A stretch of DNA of 64,000 nt from an uncultured Thermoleophilia bacterium. GTDB taxonomy: Bacteria > Actinomycetota > Thermoleophilia > UBA2241. Below, in pieces: positions 17,997-27,305 of this stretch. Under the pieces are notes generated by a model. That model was not told where the DNA came from, ran no database searches, and saw nothing but the letters and a program-made list of their open reading frames with translations. The stretch is taken from NCBI GenBank assembly GCA_963777895.1, contig CAVZSF010000003.1:205832-269831 (forward strand). The letters are read 5' to 3'. The first letter of the stretch is position 1; each line of letters begins with the position of its first letter. The position numbers and the translations under genes were made by a program.

Positions 17997-19045
17997 CAGG
18001 AGCCTCCCCGCGCCGGCCCTACCGGCTCCAGGAAATAGGAGGTGACGGCGCTTTCGCCGCGCAGGGCCCGGTGACGGCAGAGCGGGCGGGCGACGGTGAC
18101 GGCGGCCAGGAAGGCGGCGCGCCGCGCCGGAGGCGCGAGGCGCGCCGCCGCCGCGCCGCCCTTCGTTACCGGGCGTCCAGCCGTCGCCATGTCGCTCGCC
18201 GCCGCCGCGCCGCCCCCCATGTCTGCGCCGCCTGTCGCCTCGCGTTGGTAGAAGCGGTGCTTCTGCAGGCTGGGGAAGCGGGATCCGACCAGTTGCGCCG
18301 CGTTGTGCCGCCGCGAGTAGTCCTCACGATGGGCGACGCGCAGACCGACGGCATCGGCCAGCGTCTGGAGCGTCTCGTCGGTGAAGTGCGTGAGGTGGCG
18401 CGGCAGGTCGAGCGCCAGCCAGCGCGGCCCGAAGCGTGCCGCCTCGGACGAGTCGAAACGCGGCACGAAGAGCACGGCGACGAGCCCGCCCGGACGCAGC
18501 AGCTCGCGGGCGCGCCGCAACGCAGTCCGCGGGTCGTGCAGGTGCTCGAGGACCGAGGTCATCGTCACGACGTCGAACGAGGCCGGTGGGAGGTCCGCCG
18601 TCTCGAAGCGGCCGGTGACGACGTCGAGTCCGTGGCGGCGACGCGCCAGCTCGGCGGCCGCCGCGGAGGGCTCGACGCCGAGCACGTCCCATCCGTCGGT
18701 GCGCAGCGCCTCGAGCAGGTCTCCCGAGCCGCAGCCGGCGTCGAGCAGGCGGCCACGGCCTGGCCGCAGCATCGCCAGCCAGGCGAGGACCTCGTGCTGC
18801 TGGCGGTCGCGGTAGGCCTGTTCGAGGCGCGCCTGCCAGCCATCGTGGTCCATGCCGCCGTAGCTCTCGGGATAGAAGGCGACGATCGCCTCCGGCGTCG
18901 GCCGTGGGTCGGTGAAAGCAAGGCCGCACTCGTCGCAGCGCACCACGGTGTATTCCATGCGAGCGGACTGGTCGAGCCGGTCGCCGGCGGCAAGCACGAC
19001 GTGACGGCGCTCCCCGCCGCAGAGGGGGCAGGAGGTCGACTCCAT
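17996..19045 (-). CDS. Class I SAM-dependent methyltransferase with N-terminal Zn ribbon
   Basis: CPLC...CDECGL, LLDAGCGSG, FDVVTMTSVLEHLHDP, LRPGG, PRHLTHF; start ATG 19045 or GTG 19060. Confidence 0.87.
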   Translation of the reverse strand: MESTSCPLCGGERRHVVLAAGDRLDQSARMEYTVVRCDECGLAFTDPRPTPEAIVAFYPESYGGMDHDGWQARLEQAYRDRQQHEVLAWLAMLRPGRGRLLDAGCGSGDLLEALRTDGWDVLGVEPSAAAAELARRRHGLDVVTGRFETADLPPASFDVVTMTSVLEHLHDPRTALRRARELLRPGGLVAVLFVPRFDSSEAARFGPRWLALDLPRHLTHFTDETLQTLADAVGLRVAHREDYSRRHNAAQLVGSRFPSLQKHRFYQREATGGADMGGGAAAASDMATAGRPVTKGGAAAARLAPPARRAAFLAAVTVARPLCRHRALRGESAVTSYFLEPVGPARGGS

Positions 19046-19115
19046 CTGAGCGCCGATCACCGTGGTCGGGCCCCCTCCAGTGCCGTCAGCGTCTTCGGCC
19101 GGGGAGAGAAGGAAG

Positions 19116-19191
19116 TGGTGGAGCATAGCGGAATCGAACCGCTGACCTCCTGGGTGCGATCCAGGCGCTCTCCCAGCTGAGCTAATGCCCC
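19116..19191 (-). tRNA. tRNA-Ala (CGC)
   Basis: GGGGCATTAGCTCAGCTGGGAGAGCGCCTGGATCGCACCCAGGAGGTCAGCGGTTCGATTCCGCTATGCTCCACCA: 76 nt, G3:U70, anticodon CGC, encoded CCA. Confidence 0.97.
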
Positions 19192-19222
19192 ACCGATGGT
19201 GCCCCGTCGCCGGGGACAACTG

Positions 19223-19251
19223 GTTATACGGGATTCCCTGGCCTCGGGCAA
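19223..19251 (-). promoter_or_regulatory. Sigma70-type promoter of tRNA-Ala
   Basis: Minus strand TTGCCC-17 nt-TATAAC, about 30 nt upstream of the tRNA. Confidence 0.7.
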
Positions 19252-19402
19252 GCCACGCCTGGCCGTCGGCCGCCTGGCGCACGGCCGCTCTCGTCGCGCC
19301 GACCGAGCATCGTCTGCCCCGTCATCCCCACGCCGAGCACCCATGTCACGTCGCCCACGCCTTGACGTACACTTCGGCGGTCCGAGCGGAGGAGGCGGGA
19401 GC

Positions 19403-20476
19403 ATGGACAGCAACGAGGTCCGGGCGCGGTGGGAGCGGGCGGCGGCGACTGCCGCGGCCACCGAGGGCCGGCCCGGGCGTCCGATGGCCCCCATCCTCCG
19501 CGACGACGTTCCCACGTTCATCGGGGCGCCGTTGGCGGAAGAGCCCGGCGACCTTGTCGGCGCGGATGTCGCGGTCCTCGGCATCCCCTACGAGGGCGGC
19601 AGGCCGCTCGATCCCGTGACCGGGGCGCCTCCCCTGGCGTCTGACGACTCGGCCTCCTACCGGTCGGGCGCCGATGAAGGCCCCGCCGCGATCCGACGCG
19701 GCTCCATCTCCTGCGCACATCGTCAGGGACGCGGCCTGGTCCCGGAGGCCGCCCGCGACCTCGTGATCCTCGACCACCTGCGCGTGGTGGACTACGGCGA
19801 CGTAGCCGGCGACCAGGGCACCGTCGAAGCGACTTTCATGGGGGCTCATGACAAGCTTGCCGACGTGTTCGCGACGGGCGCCGTGCCGATCGTCTTCGGC
19901 GGCGACCACGCGGTGTCGATCCCGGTGCTCCAGGTCCTCGCAGGGAAGCTGACCGGGAAGCTGGGCGTCGTCGTGTTCGATGCGCACTTCGACCTGGACT
20001 TCGAGCCGCGGTACGCGGCCGGGTCGCAATGGGCCCGAGCGTTCGAGCTGGGCGTGCTCGAGCCAGCCAACTTCGTGCAGATCGGCATCCGGGGCGTCCG
20101 CGAGTCCCTCGCCCAGCAGTGTGTGGCCGACGAGCTGGGGCACCGTTACTACACGATGGCGGAGGTCGACGACGCGGGCGTCGCGACGGTGGCCCAAGAA
20201 GCGCTCGAACTGGCGGCGGCCGGGACCGAGGCGGTCTACGTCTCTCTGGACGTGGACGTCCTCGACCCGGCCTGCGGCGGCCAGAAGTGTTTGGAGCCGG
20301 GCGGGCTCAGCGCCCGCGAGCTGCTGCGCGCGCTGCGTATCCTCGCGCGCGGGCGGATCGCGGGCTTCGACATCTGCTGTCTGGCGCCGCGTTACGATCC
20401 GCAGGGGCATCTCGGCCGGCTCGCGGCACGCGCGGCCGTCGAGGTGATCGCGGGCCTCGCCCTGCAGCGACCGTAG
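19403..20476 (+). CDS. Ureohydrolase (arginase/agmatinase family) with an atypical active site
   Basis: GGAGGAGG SD; GGDH, DAHFD, QIGIRG, SLDVDVLDP metal motifs present. Confidence 0.88.
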   Translation: MDSNEVRARWERAAATAAATEGRPGRPMAPILRDDVPTFIGAPLAEEPGDLVGADVAVLGIPYEGGRPLDPVTGAPPLASDDSASYRSGADEGPAAIRRGSISCAHRQGRGLVPEAARDLVILDHLRVVDYGDVAGDQGTVEATFMGAHDKLADVFATGAVPIVFGGDHAVSIPVLQVLAGKLTGKLGVVVFDAHFDLDFEPRYAAGSQWARAFELGVLEPANFVQIGIRGVRESLAQQCVADELGHRYYTMAEVDDAGVATVAQEALELAAAGTEAVYVSLDVDVLDPACGGQKCLEPGGLSARELLRALRILARGRIAGFDICCLAPRYDPQGHLGRLAARAAVEVIAGLALQRP

Positions 20477-20627
20477 CGGGCCTGCAGGCCGCGCTGTCGG
20501 GCGCGGCTGTGACGCACCCGCGCGATTGCGTCGGCGCCACGCGCCACGTAGACGCCCGTTCCATCGAGCGCGTCGCGAACGGGACCGACACTTGGTCTCG
20601 GAGGTCCAAGCAACGCCGAGGTGGCGA

Positions 20628-20801
20628 ATGACGCGCAAAGAACGGGAGCTCGTGGTCCAGGAGCTGCTTGCGCGCTACGACGGAGTAGGCAGCACGATCG
20701 TTGGCGACGAGCATTGCCTGGGGCGGCTGCTCGCCATGGTCCAGCGGGTCGCCACCAAGGGCGAGGTGATGGCCTACCTGACCGCCTTCATCGGCGCCTG
20801 A
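20628..20801 (+). CDS. Small hypothetical protein (57 aa)
   Basis: GAGGTG SD, ATG 20628, high-GC3 codons, helical-looking sequence. Confidence 0.55.
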   Translation: MTRKERELVVQELLARYDGVGSTIVGDEHCLGRLLAMVQRVATKGEVMAYLTAFIGA

Positions 20802-20834
20802 TCGGACCTCGGCACAGCCGCAGCTGCTTCCGGC

Positions 20835-23800
20835 TCACGGCTTCGCCTGACCCCGTCCGGCCAGCACCGACGCGAACAGGTCCAGCAGCTCGCGCTCGAA
20901 CAGGAAGGCGGGGCACTCGCCCAACTCCTGCAGGGCCTCGGCTTCCGAGAGCTGCCCGCGGTAGCCTCGGCCGGTGACCAGTCCCTCGTAGGTCGCCGCC
21001 AGCGCGGCGATCTCGGCCGCGCGGCCGCCCTTCTGCCCCGACCCGTCGCACGCCGCCGCCGCGGCGGCGGCGACCGCGCGGAGCTCGCGGCCGCCCATCC
21101 CGCGGGCACGGCCCACGGCGAGGGCGAGGTGCGACACGGCCGCGCGGCGCCGCTTCAGGTACGCGGCACGGGCCGCCGCCACCTCGCCCAGCGAGGCCAC
21201 GACGTCGTCCGTCACGACGGCGGCTTGTTCGGGTGTCACGCTCCCGTGCTCGGCGCTGAACGCGATGACCTGGTTGCGTCCCCGCCGCTTGGCGACGTAC
21301 ATCGCCCAGTCCGCCTTGTCGATCAGCTCTTCCTTGTGCGTGGCGTCGGCCGGACAGACGGCGAGCCCGATGCTCACGGAGAGCGAGTCGGGTCCGGCCG
21401 TGAAGCGGGTGCCAAGGATGCTGTTCCGGATGCGTTCCGCCACTTCGAGCGCGGCCTCCTCGTGCGCGTCCACGAGCACGGCGGCGAACTCCTCGCCTCC
21501 ATACCGGGCTGCTACGTCGACGTGACGCAATGACCCCTCCACGATGCGGGCGACCGCGCGCAGCGCCCTGTCACCGGCGCTGTGCCCGTGCCGCTCGTTG
21601 AAGGCGTGGAAGTCGTCGAGGTCGAGGAAGAGCAGGGCGAGGTGCGTGCCGCGGTCGAGGCAGCGGTCGAGCTCCTCGTCAAGGCGTTCGTGGAAGTAGC
21701 GGTGGTTGTAGAGGCCGGTGAGACCGTCCGTGATCGCCTCGACTTCCGTGCGGCCGATGCGTGCCGCCGCCCCCTCCACCATGGTCGCGAACGTCTGCGT
21801 GACGTCGCTCCGCAGACCCTCGACCTCGGTCTCGCCCGTTGCGGCGGGCAGGTCCGCGGAGACCGCCGCGACGATGTCGCCGTCATGGTTTCGCAGCGGG
21901 GCGGTGCCGCTGATCCAGGCTCCGAACTGATCGACGTAGAGGACCGTCTGGTCGGGACTCCATCCCGCCAGTACCTGGTTGATCTCCTCATCGACGAAGG
22001 TGTCGTCACCGAGACGGGAGTGCAGGCGCTCGTCCTCTTCGGCATCGGTGATCAGCACGGTCTTCTTGCCCTGACGAACGAAGGTGCTGAGAAAGCGCGT
22101 GGGCGGGTGCTCGTCGCGCACGGCACGGAGCACCTCGACCACGCGCCGGTACTCGGGCGAGCTCTCGTCTTGGGGCCGTTGCAGCCGCTGGTGGACCTCC
22201 GGGTCCACGCGGGAGGCCGCATCGACGGCGACGGCGAGGGCCTGTTCCCTCGTGGCCGCCATCCGTTCAAGGACCCGGCGGAAGGCGCCTACGAATGCCG
22301 GGTCGAACTGCGTTCCGCTGCAGCGTTCGAGCTCTTCCAGGCACTCCGGATACGTCAGCGCCTGGCGGTAGGGCCGCCGGAAGCTCATCGCGTCGTAGGA
22401 ATCAACGACGCACATGGCGCGGGCGATCTCGGGGATGCTTTCGCCGCCAAATCCGTCAGGATACCCCGAGCCGTCGTACCGCTCGTGGTGGTGCCGCACC
22501 CCGAGCACGAGGTCCTCCGGGAACAGAGGCCGGATGATCTCGGAGGAGTAGGCCGGATGCTGCCGCATCAGCTCCCACTCCTTGGGGTTCAGGGTGGACG
22601 GCTTGAGCAGCACCCGGTCGCTCACCCCGATCTTGCCGATGTCGTGCAGGTAAGCGGCCTCCTCGACCTGGGCGAGGAGCTCCGGCTTCCAGCCCAGTTC
22701 CTCGCCCAGCAGCACCATGTAGGCCGCCACGCGTGCCGCGTGCCCGAGCGTGTAGTAGTCCTTGGCGTTCAGCGCGCTCGACAGCGCCTTGAGGTTGCCG
22801 AGGTGCATCCGCTTGATGTCGTCGTAGAGCTCGGCGTTGTTCAGGGCGAGGGCGAGTTGCGTCGCCACGCGCTCGAGCAGGCGCCGGTCGACGGCGGTGA
22901 AGGCGTCCGGCATCTCGGAGCCCAAGCTGAGAATGCCGCTCAGGCCTTCGCCCGCCGACAGCGCGATGACGGCCGCCGAGGCGAGCCCGTCGAGACCCTG
23001 GCTGCGGAGCTCCTCAGCGTCCTCGGGCAGCCGGAAGAAGAGGACGCGGTCCTCGGCGAGGCGGTCGGCGAAAGCGGTCAAACGCCCGGGCTCGAAGGGG
23101 TGAGCTTCGTCGCGGTCGGGATGGGTCGCGTAGATGAGCTCGAACGCATCGCCGCGGCGCAGCGTGAGCATGGCGCGCTGGAGCGGCACGAGCGCGCCGA
23201 GCTTCTCGACGGCCGCTGAGGCCACTGCGGGCAGGTCCAGGCTGGCCGTCGTCGCCTGGGCGATCTCGTAGAGCAGCTCGTTCTCGCGGTTGCGAAGCTG
23301 GAGGTCCTCGACGAGGTCGGCGTTGTCGATGGCGAGCGCGGCTACGCGGCACACCGAGGCGATGGTGGCCACCTCGTCGTCGCTGAAGCTGCGAGGGCCG
23401 CGCGTCTCGAGCAGCTCAAGCACACCGATGACCTCGTCCTTCGAGATGAGGGGGAAGATGATCTCCGCCGTTTCGGCGTAGTCCTGCATGAGGGCGCGCT
23501 CGCCCGGGTTGAGCAAGGGGTCGTCGAGGTTCTCGAGCGTCACGGGCTGGCGCGTGTCGACCGCCTTCGTGAGGGCGGCCCAACTGTCGAGGGGGAATCT
23601 GTGCCCTTGCCAGCCCATGTCCACCTCGCCGTCCACGAGGCTCACCACGCACGTGAGATCCCGCTGGTCGTCCAAGGTGTAGATGTCGCAGCACGGCATG
23701 TCGGCCACTGCGCAGAGACGGTGGCCCGTGTTCAGGAGGACCTGGTCGAGGTCGAGTGTCGAGGAGAGCTCGTAGCTGACCTCGTTGACAAGCGCCATGC

Positions 23801-26800
23801 GCTCAGCCGACTTGTCCAACCGGCTGTACAGATCGGCGTTTGCGAGCGCATTGGCCGCGACCTGGGCCAGGCTCTGCAAGAGGTCGAGGTCGCCGAACGC
23901 GCGCGGCCGGTTGTCGAAGATCGAGGCGACGCCCACGACCGTGCCGCGCGTGATGAGAGGCAGCTCGACCTTGGAGCGGTGTCCGTACGACAGATCTATC
24001 GCCCGCTCCGCGTCGGACACGTCCGGATCCGCGGCGATGTCCGCCGTGGTGAAGGGCCTTGACTCGGCGATGGCCTGCTGGATCATGGCGAACTTGTCGA
24101 GAGGGAAGGTCGTGCCCGCGTAGGCCTCGTCGAGCTCCCCGTTCTCGACGCTGGTGACGCAGCGGAGCTGGTCGCCCTCGATGCTCGAGATGTCGCAGCC
24201 GGCGGCGTCCGCCGCCTCGACGAGCCGGCGCGCGACGCTCTCCAGCAGCTGTGCCGGGTCGAGCGTCCCCCCGAACTCCAGCCCGGCCTCCACGAGGTGC
24301 GTGAGCTGCCGGTTCGTGCGCTCGAGGCGTTCCAGGAGCTGGTCCGCCTCGAGCGCCCCGGCCACGATGTGGCCGACGCTCATCAGGAAGTCGCGGAACG
24401 GTCCCAGATCCCTGGGCGTGCGGTCGTAGATCTCCAGCATACCGACGACGCCCGCCTCGCCCGAGAGCGGCACGGCCAGGTCGCTGCGCCAAGGCGAGTC
24501 ACGATAGTGCCTCGCTTCTGCGTCCGAGAGCCCAGGCGTGTCCGGTCCGTTGATCTCCAGGATCTCGGCTCGATCCAGCGCTCGCTTCGTCGAGGGGAAG
24601 GACGCCAGCGAGGTGGTGTGCCCGACGGCATCGCTCAGGGCTACCCCTTCCTCCCAGGACGACAGGCACGTGAGGACGTCGTCGGTCAGGCGGAAGGTCT
24701 GGCACCCCGTGGCCCCGGTCGCCGCGGTCACGGTCCGGCCCACGGCTTGCAGCAGCGTCTCCAGCCGTCCGCCCGCCATCGCCAGACGCCCGAGCTCGAT
24801 GAGCGCCTCCTGCAGCCTCTCGCGCACGTCGACGTCGTCGTGAAGTAAGGCGTTCTTCAGTGTTGCCGCAAGGATCTGGCCGACGCTCTTGAGGAAGTCC
24901 ACCTGCTCGGCGTAGTCCCTGGGACGCTCGTCGAAGACCTCGACGAGCCCGATGACCTCGTCGTCCGCCACGAGAGGGATGCACAGCTCGCTCTTGTAGC
25001 CCCACTCCGCGTAGATCTCGCGCTCCCGGTCGGTGAGCCTGGGGTCGTCCGGGCTCTTGACGATCGCGGGCTCCATCATGTGGATGGCCGTCTGCATCAT
25101 GGGGAAACGGTCCACCGGCGTCGACGCGTCGGTCGCCTCCTGGTCGATGCCGCGCTCGTCCACGCTCACCACGCAGCGCAGCACGTCGCCGTCCAGGCGA
25201 AACACGTCGCAGTCGGCTGCGCCGATGGCCTTCCTCAACCTCTCGGCGACGGCTGCGACCGTCTCGCGCACATCGCGCGACTGGGAAGTGATCGCCCCCA
25301 GCTCGACGAGCTCGTGAAGGATCGCGGTGCGGCGCTCGAGGTCCCCGAGGAGCCTGGTGCTGCCGAAGGCGCCCGCCAGGCTGTTCGCCAGGCTCTGAAG
25401 GAAGGGAAGATACTCCGTGTACTGTCGTTCGCGGGTGTCGTACAGGTCGATCAGGCCGAACAGCTCATCCCCGACGACGATCGGCAGGCAGACCTCGCTC
25501 GCGAAGCCGTAGTCGCGGTAGACGTCGCGCTCCCGGTCCGTCAGCTGCGGGTCGTCGGGGCTTCCGATGACCATCACCTGGCCCGACGTGAAGGCGGCCG
25601 TCAGCGTCGGGTACTCCTGAACGTCCAGGAGACGCCCCACAGCGCGCTCGTCGAGGCCGCTGCGGTCGAAGCTGACGAGGCACCGCAGCCCTTCGGGACT
25701 GTCCTGGTAGATGTCGCAGTTGGCTGCGCCCACCACCTGAACGAGGCGCTCCGCGACGCGCCGGACGACGGTGTCGAAGTCCTGACAACGCCAGGCGAAG
25801 GTGCTCAGCTCGACGAGCTCGTTGAGCAGCCTGTTGCGCCGGTCGATCTGCTCGAAGAGGCGGCCGCTCTCCAGGTTCCTGGCGGCTACCTGGCCGAGGC
25901 CGCTTATCAGGTCGAGATGTTCGGCGAAGGTCCGAGGGACGAAGTCCGACAGCTCGATGATGCCGATCACGCGACCCGCCGCCATGAGCGGGACGGCGAG
26001 CTGGGACTGGTAGCCCCATCGCTCGAGCGACGAGCGGGCTGCGGGTCCGAGCAGCGGGTCGTCGAGGGTCGGCATCACGGCGATCTGGCCGGTCTGGACG
26101 GCCTTCAGCTCGCACGGATAGCGCGCCAGCGGGACCGACGTTCCCTCCCAGTCTCCGTCGAAGCGCCCGCCGTCGTAGCTCACGAGGCAGCGCATCGTGC
26201 CGGCTTCGACGAGGTAGACGTCGGCTACGGGCGTCGACGTGAGCTCGGAGAGGCGTTTCGCGATCGAGCGGAGGATGCCGTCGGTCGTTCCGAGCTGCGA
26301 CGCGTCGTCGACGCCGGCCTCGACGATGGCCTCGAGATCCTGCACGCGGCGCTCCAGGTCCGAGGTGAGGGGCCTTCCGGAGGAGGCGAGGGACGGCGAC
26401 GCGGACGCCGGCACCAGGTCGACGGGCGCTCTCGGCGCCTGTTCCTGGACGCCGCCGCTTTCGGCGGCGATGAGCATGCCGGCCTGTCCGGCGACGAACT
26501 CCGCGAACGCGATGTTGGCCGCCGTGAAGGCGCGGGGGTAGCGACCCTCGGCGAGCTCGACCACGCCGGCCGCCGCTGCGCCGACCATGATCGGCAGCAT
26601 GAGCAGGGCCCGGTCGCCCCTCCTCCGGCAGATCGTGGCCGCCCCATCGTCGAGAATGCCGGTCGAAGCCGTGTCGCTCACGATCAGCCGGCGCTGGGTC
26701 CTGATGACCTCGGCGGCCAGCGGGACGTCGGCGGGGGAAAGCGCGGCGCCGACGGCCATACCGCGCGGAGCGCTGTCGACGGCGTGACCTGCGACAACGT

Positions 26801-27155
26801 GGAACCCGTGTTCGCGATCGGCGATCAACATGACGCACGAGGTCACCCCGAGTCCGTCCGCGGCGACCTGGGCGAGGGTGGCGAGACCGGTGTGCGCCCG
26901 CAGGGAGGCGCCCAGAACGTCGAGGGGCGTCGGCGACGCCGGGCCGGCGTCGCTCGCTTCGCCGGCGCCTGCCTGGGTGCGAAGGATGGCCTCAATGTCG
27001 CTGCGCCGGAAGCGACGATGCCCGCCCGGGCTGCGGTAGCACGTCAGCTTACCGGCGTCAGACCAGCGTCGCAGCGTGTTGGGGCTCACGCCGAGCGCCG
27101 CGGCCGCGTCGCTCAGTCGCAGCCAGACCTCGCCGTCGGCTCTGCCTGCGCGCAT
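20835..27155 (-). CDS. Giant signalling protein: BldC/excisionase-like HTH + about 8 GAF + HD-GYP + Cache-like + GGDEF + degenerate HD-GYP tail
   Basis: AAAALGVSPNTLRRWSDAGKLTCYRSPGGHRRF; repeated GAF units; YLHDIGKIG, HHERYDGSGYPDG; TDGLTGLYNHR, RHVD..RYGGEEF; GGGGAGGG SD before ATG 27155. Confidence 0.9.
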   Translation of the reverse strand: MRAGRADGEVWLRLSDAAAALGVSPNTLRRWSDAGKLTCYRSPGGHRRFRRSDIEAILRTQAGAGEASDAGPASPTPLDVLGASLRAHTGLATLAQVAADGLGVTSCVMLIADREHGFHVVAGHAVDSAPRGMAVGAALSPADVPLAAEVIRTQRRLIVSDTASTGILDDGAATICRRRGDRALLMLPIMVGAAAAGVVELAEGRYPRAFTAANIAFAEFVAGQAGMLIAAESGGVQEQAPRAPVDLVPASASPSLASSGRPLTSDLERRVQDLEAIVEAGVDDASQLGTTDGILRSIAKRLSELTSTPVADVYLVEAGTMRCLVSYDGGRFDGDWEGTSVPLARYPCELKAVQTGQIAVMPTLDDPLLGPAARSSLERWGYQSQLAVPLMAAGRVIGIIELSDFVPRTFAEHLDLISGLGQVAARNLESGRLFEQIDRRNRLLNELVELSTFAWRCQDFDTVVRRVAERLVQVVGAANCDIYQDSPEGLRCLVSFDRSGLDERAVGRLLDVQEYPTLTAAFTSGQVMVIGSPDDPQLTDRERDVYRDYGFASEVCLPIVVGDELFGLIDLYDTRERQYTEYLPFLQSLANSLAGAFGSTRLLGDLERRTAILHELVELGAITSQSRDVRETVAAVAERLRKAIGAADCDVFRLDGDVLRCVVSVDERGIDQEATDASTPVDRFPMMQTAIHMMEPAIVKSPDDPRLTDREREIYAEWGYKSELCIPLVADDEVIGLVEVFDERPRDYAEQVDFLKSVGQILAATLKNALLHDDVDVRERLQEALIELGRLAMAGGRLETLLQAVGRTVTAATGATGCQTFRLTDDVLTCLSSWEEGVALSDAVGHTTSLASFPSTKRALDRAEILEINGPDTPGLSDAEARHYRDSPWRSDLAVPLSGEAGVVGMLEIYDRTPRDLGPFRDFLMSVGHIVAGALEADQLLERLERTNRQLTHLVEAGLEFGGTLDPAQLLESVARRLVEAADAAGCDISSIEGDQLRCVTSVENGELDEAYAGTTFPLDKFAMIQQAIAESRPFTTADIAADPDVSDAERAIDLSYGHRSKVELPLITRGTVVGVASIFDNRPRAFGDLDLLQSLAQVAANALANADLYSRLDKSAERMALVNEVSYELSSTLDLDQVLLNTGHRLCAVADMPCCDIYTLDDQRDLTCVVSLVDGEVDMGWQGHRFPLDSWAALTKAVDTRQPVTLENLDDPLLNPGERALMQDYAETAEIIFPLISKDEVIGVLELLETRGPRSFSDDEVATIASVCRVAALAIDNADLVEDLQLRNRENELLYEIAQATTASLDLPAVASAAVEKLGALVPLQRAMLTLRRGDAFELIYATHPDRDEAHPFEPGRLTAFADRLAEDRVLFFRLPEDAEELRSQGLDGLASAAVIALSAGEGLSGILSLGSEMPDAFTAVDRRLLERVATQLALALNNAELYDDIKRMHLGNLKALSSALNAKDYYTLGHAARVAAYMVLLGEELGWKPELLAQVEEAAYLHDIGKIGVSDRVLLKPSTLNPKEWELMRQHPAYSSEIIRPLFPEDLVLGVRHHHERYDGSGYPDGFGGESIPEIARAMCVVDSYDAMSFRRPYRQALTYPECLEELERCSGTQFDPAFVGAFRRVLERMAATREQALAVAVDAASRVDPEVHQRLQRPQDESSPEYRRVVEVLRAVRDEHPPTRFLSTFVRQGKKTVLITDAEEDERLHSRLGDDTFVDEEINQVLAGWSPDQTVLYVDQFGAWISGTAPLRNHDGDIVAAVSADLPAATGETEVEGLRSDVTQTFATMVEGAAARIGRTEVEAITDGLTGLYNHRYFHERLDEELDRCLDRGTHLALLFLDLDDFHAFNERHGHSAGDRALRAVARIVEGSLRHVDVAARYGGEEFAAVLVDAHEEAALEVAERIRNSILGTRFTAGPDSLSVSIGLAVCPADATHKEELIDKADWAMYVAKRRGRNQVIAFSAEHGSVTPEQAAVVTDDVVASLGEVAAARAAYLKRRRAAVSHLALAVGRARGMGGRELRAVAAAAAAACDGSGQKGGRAAEIAALAATYEGLVTGRGYRGQLSEAEALQELGECPAFLFERELLDLFASVLAGRGQAKP

Positions 27156-27305
27156 GCCCTCCCCGTCCTGCGCCGCGTAAGCCGGGTCGATCCCGGCGAA
27201 AACGCACAAATCCTACCCGGCGCGCCATGCGGTGTCGACTCAATGGTGAGGATTATTGGGGAGGATGTTCGACGAGGACGGCGGGGTCGCCTGCCTCGAG
27301 GGCTC

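Noticed and set aside
19116-19191. tRNA-Ala as a possible island integration site
   Set aside because: No integrase, no duplicated tRNA 3' end noticed, and no obvious compositional shift.
26980-27155. Excisionase-like HTH as a sign of a prophage
   Set aside because: It is fused in frame to a signalling protein and there are no phage genes nearby.
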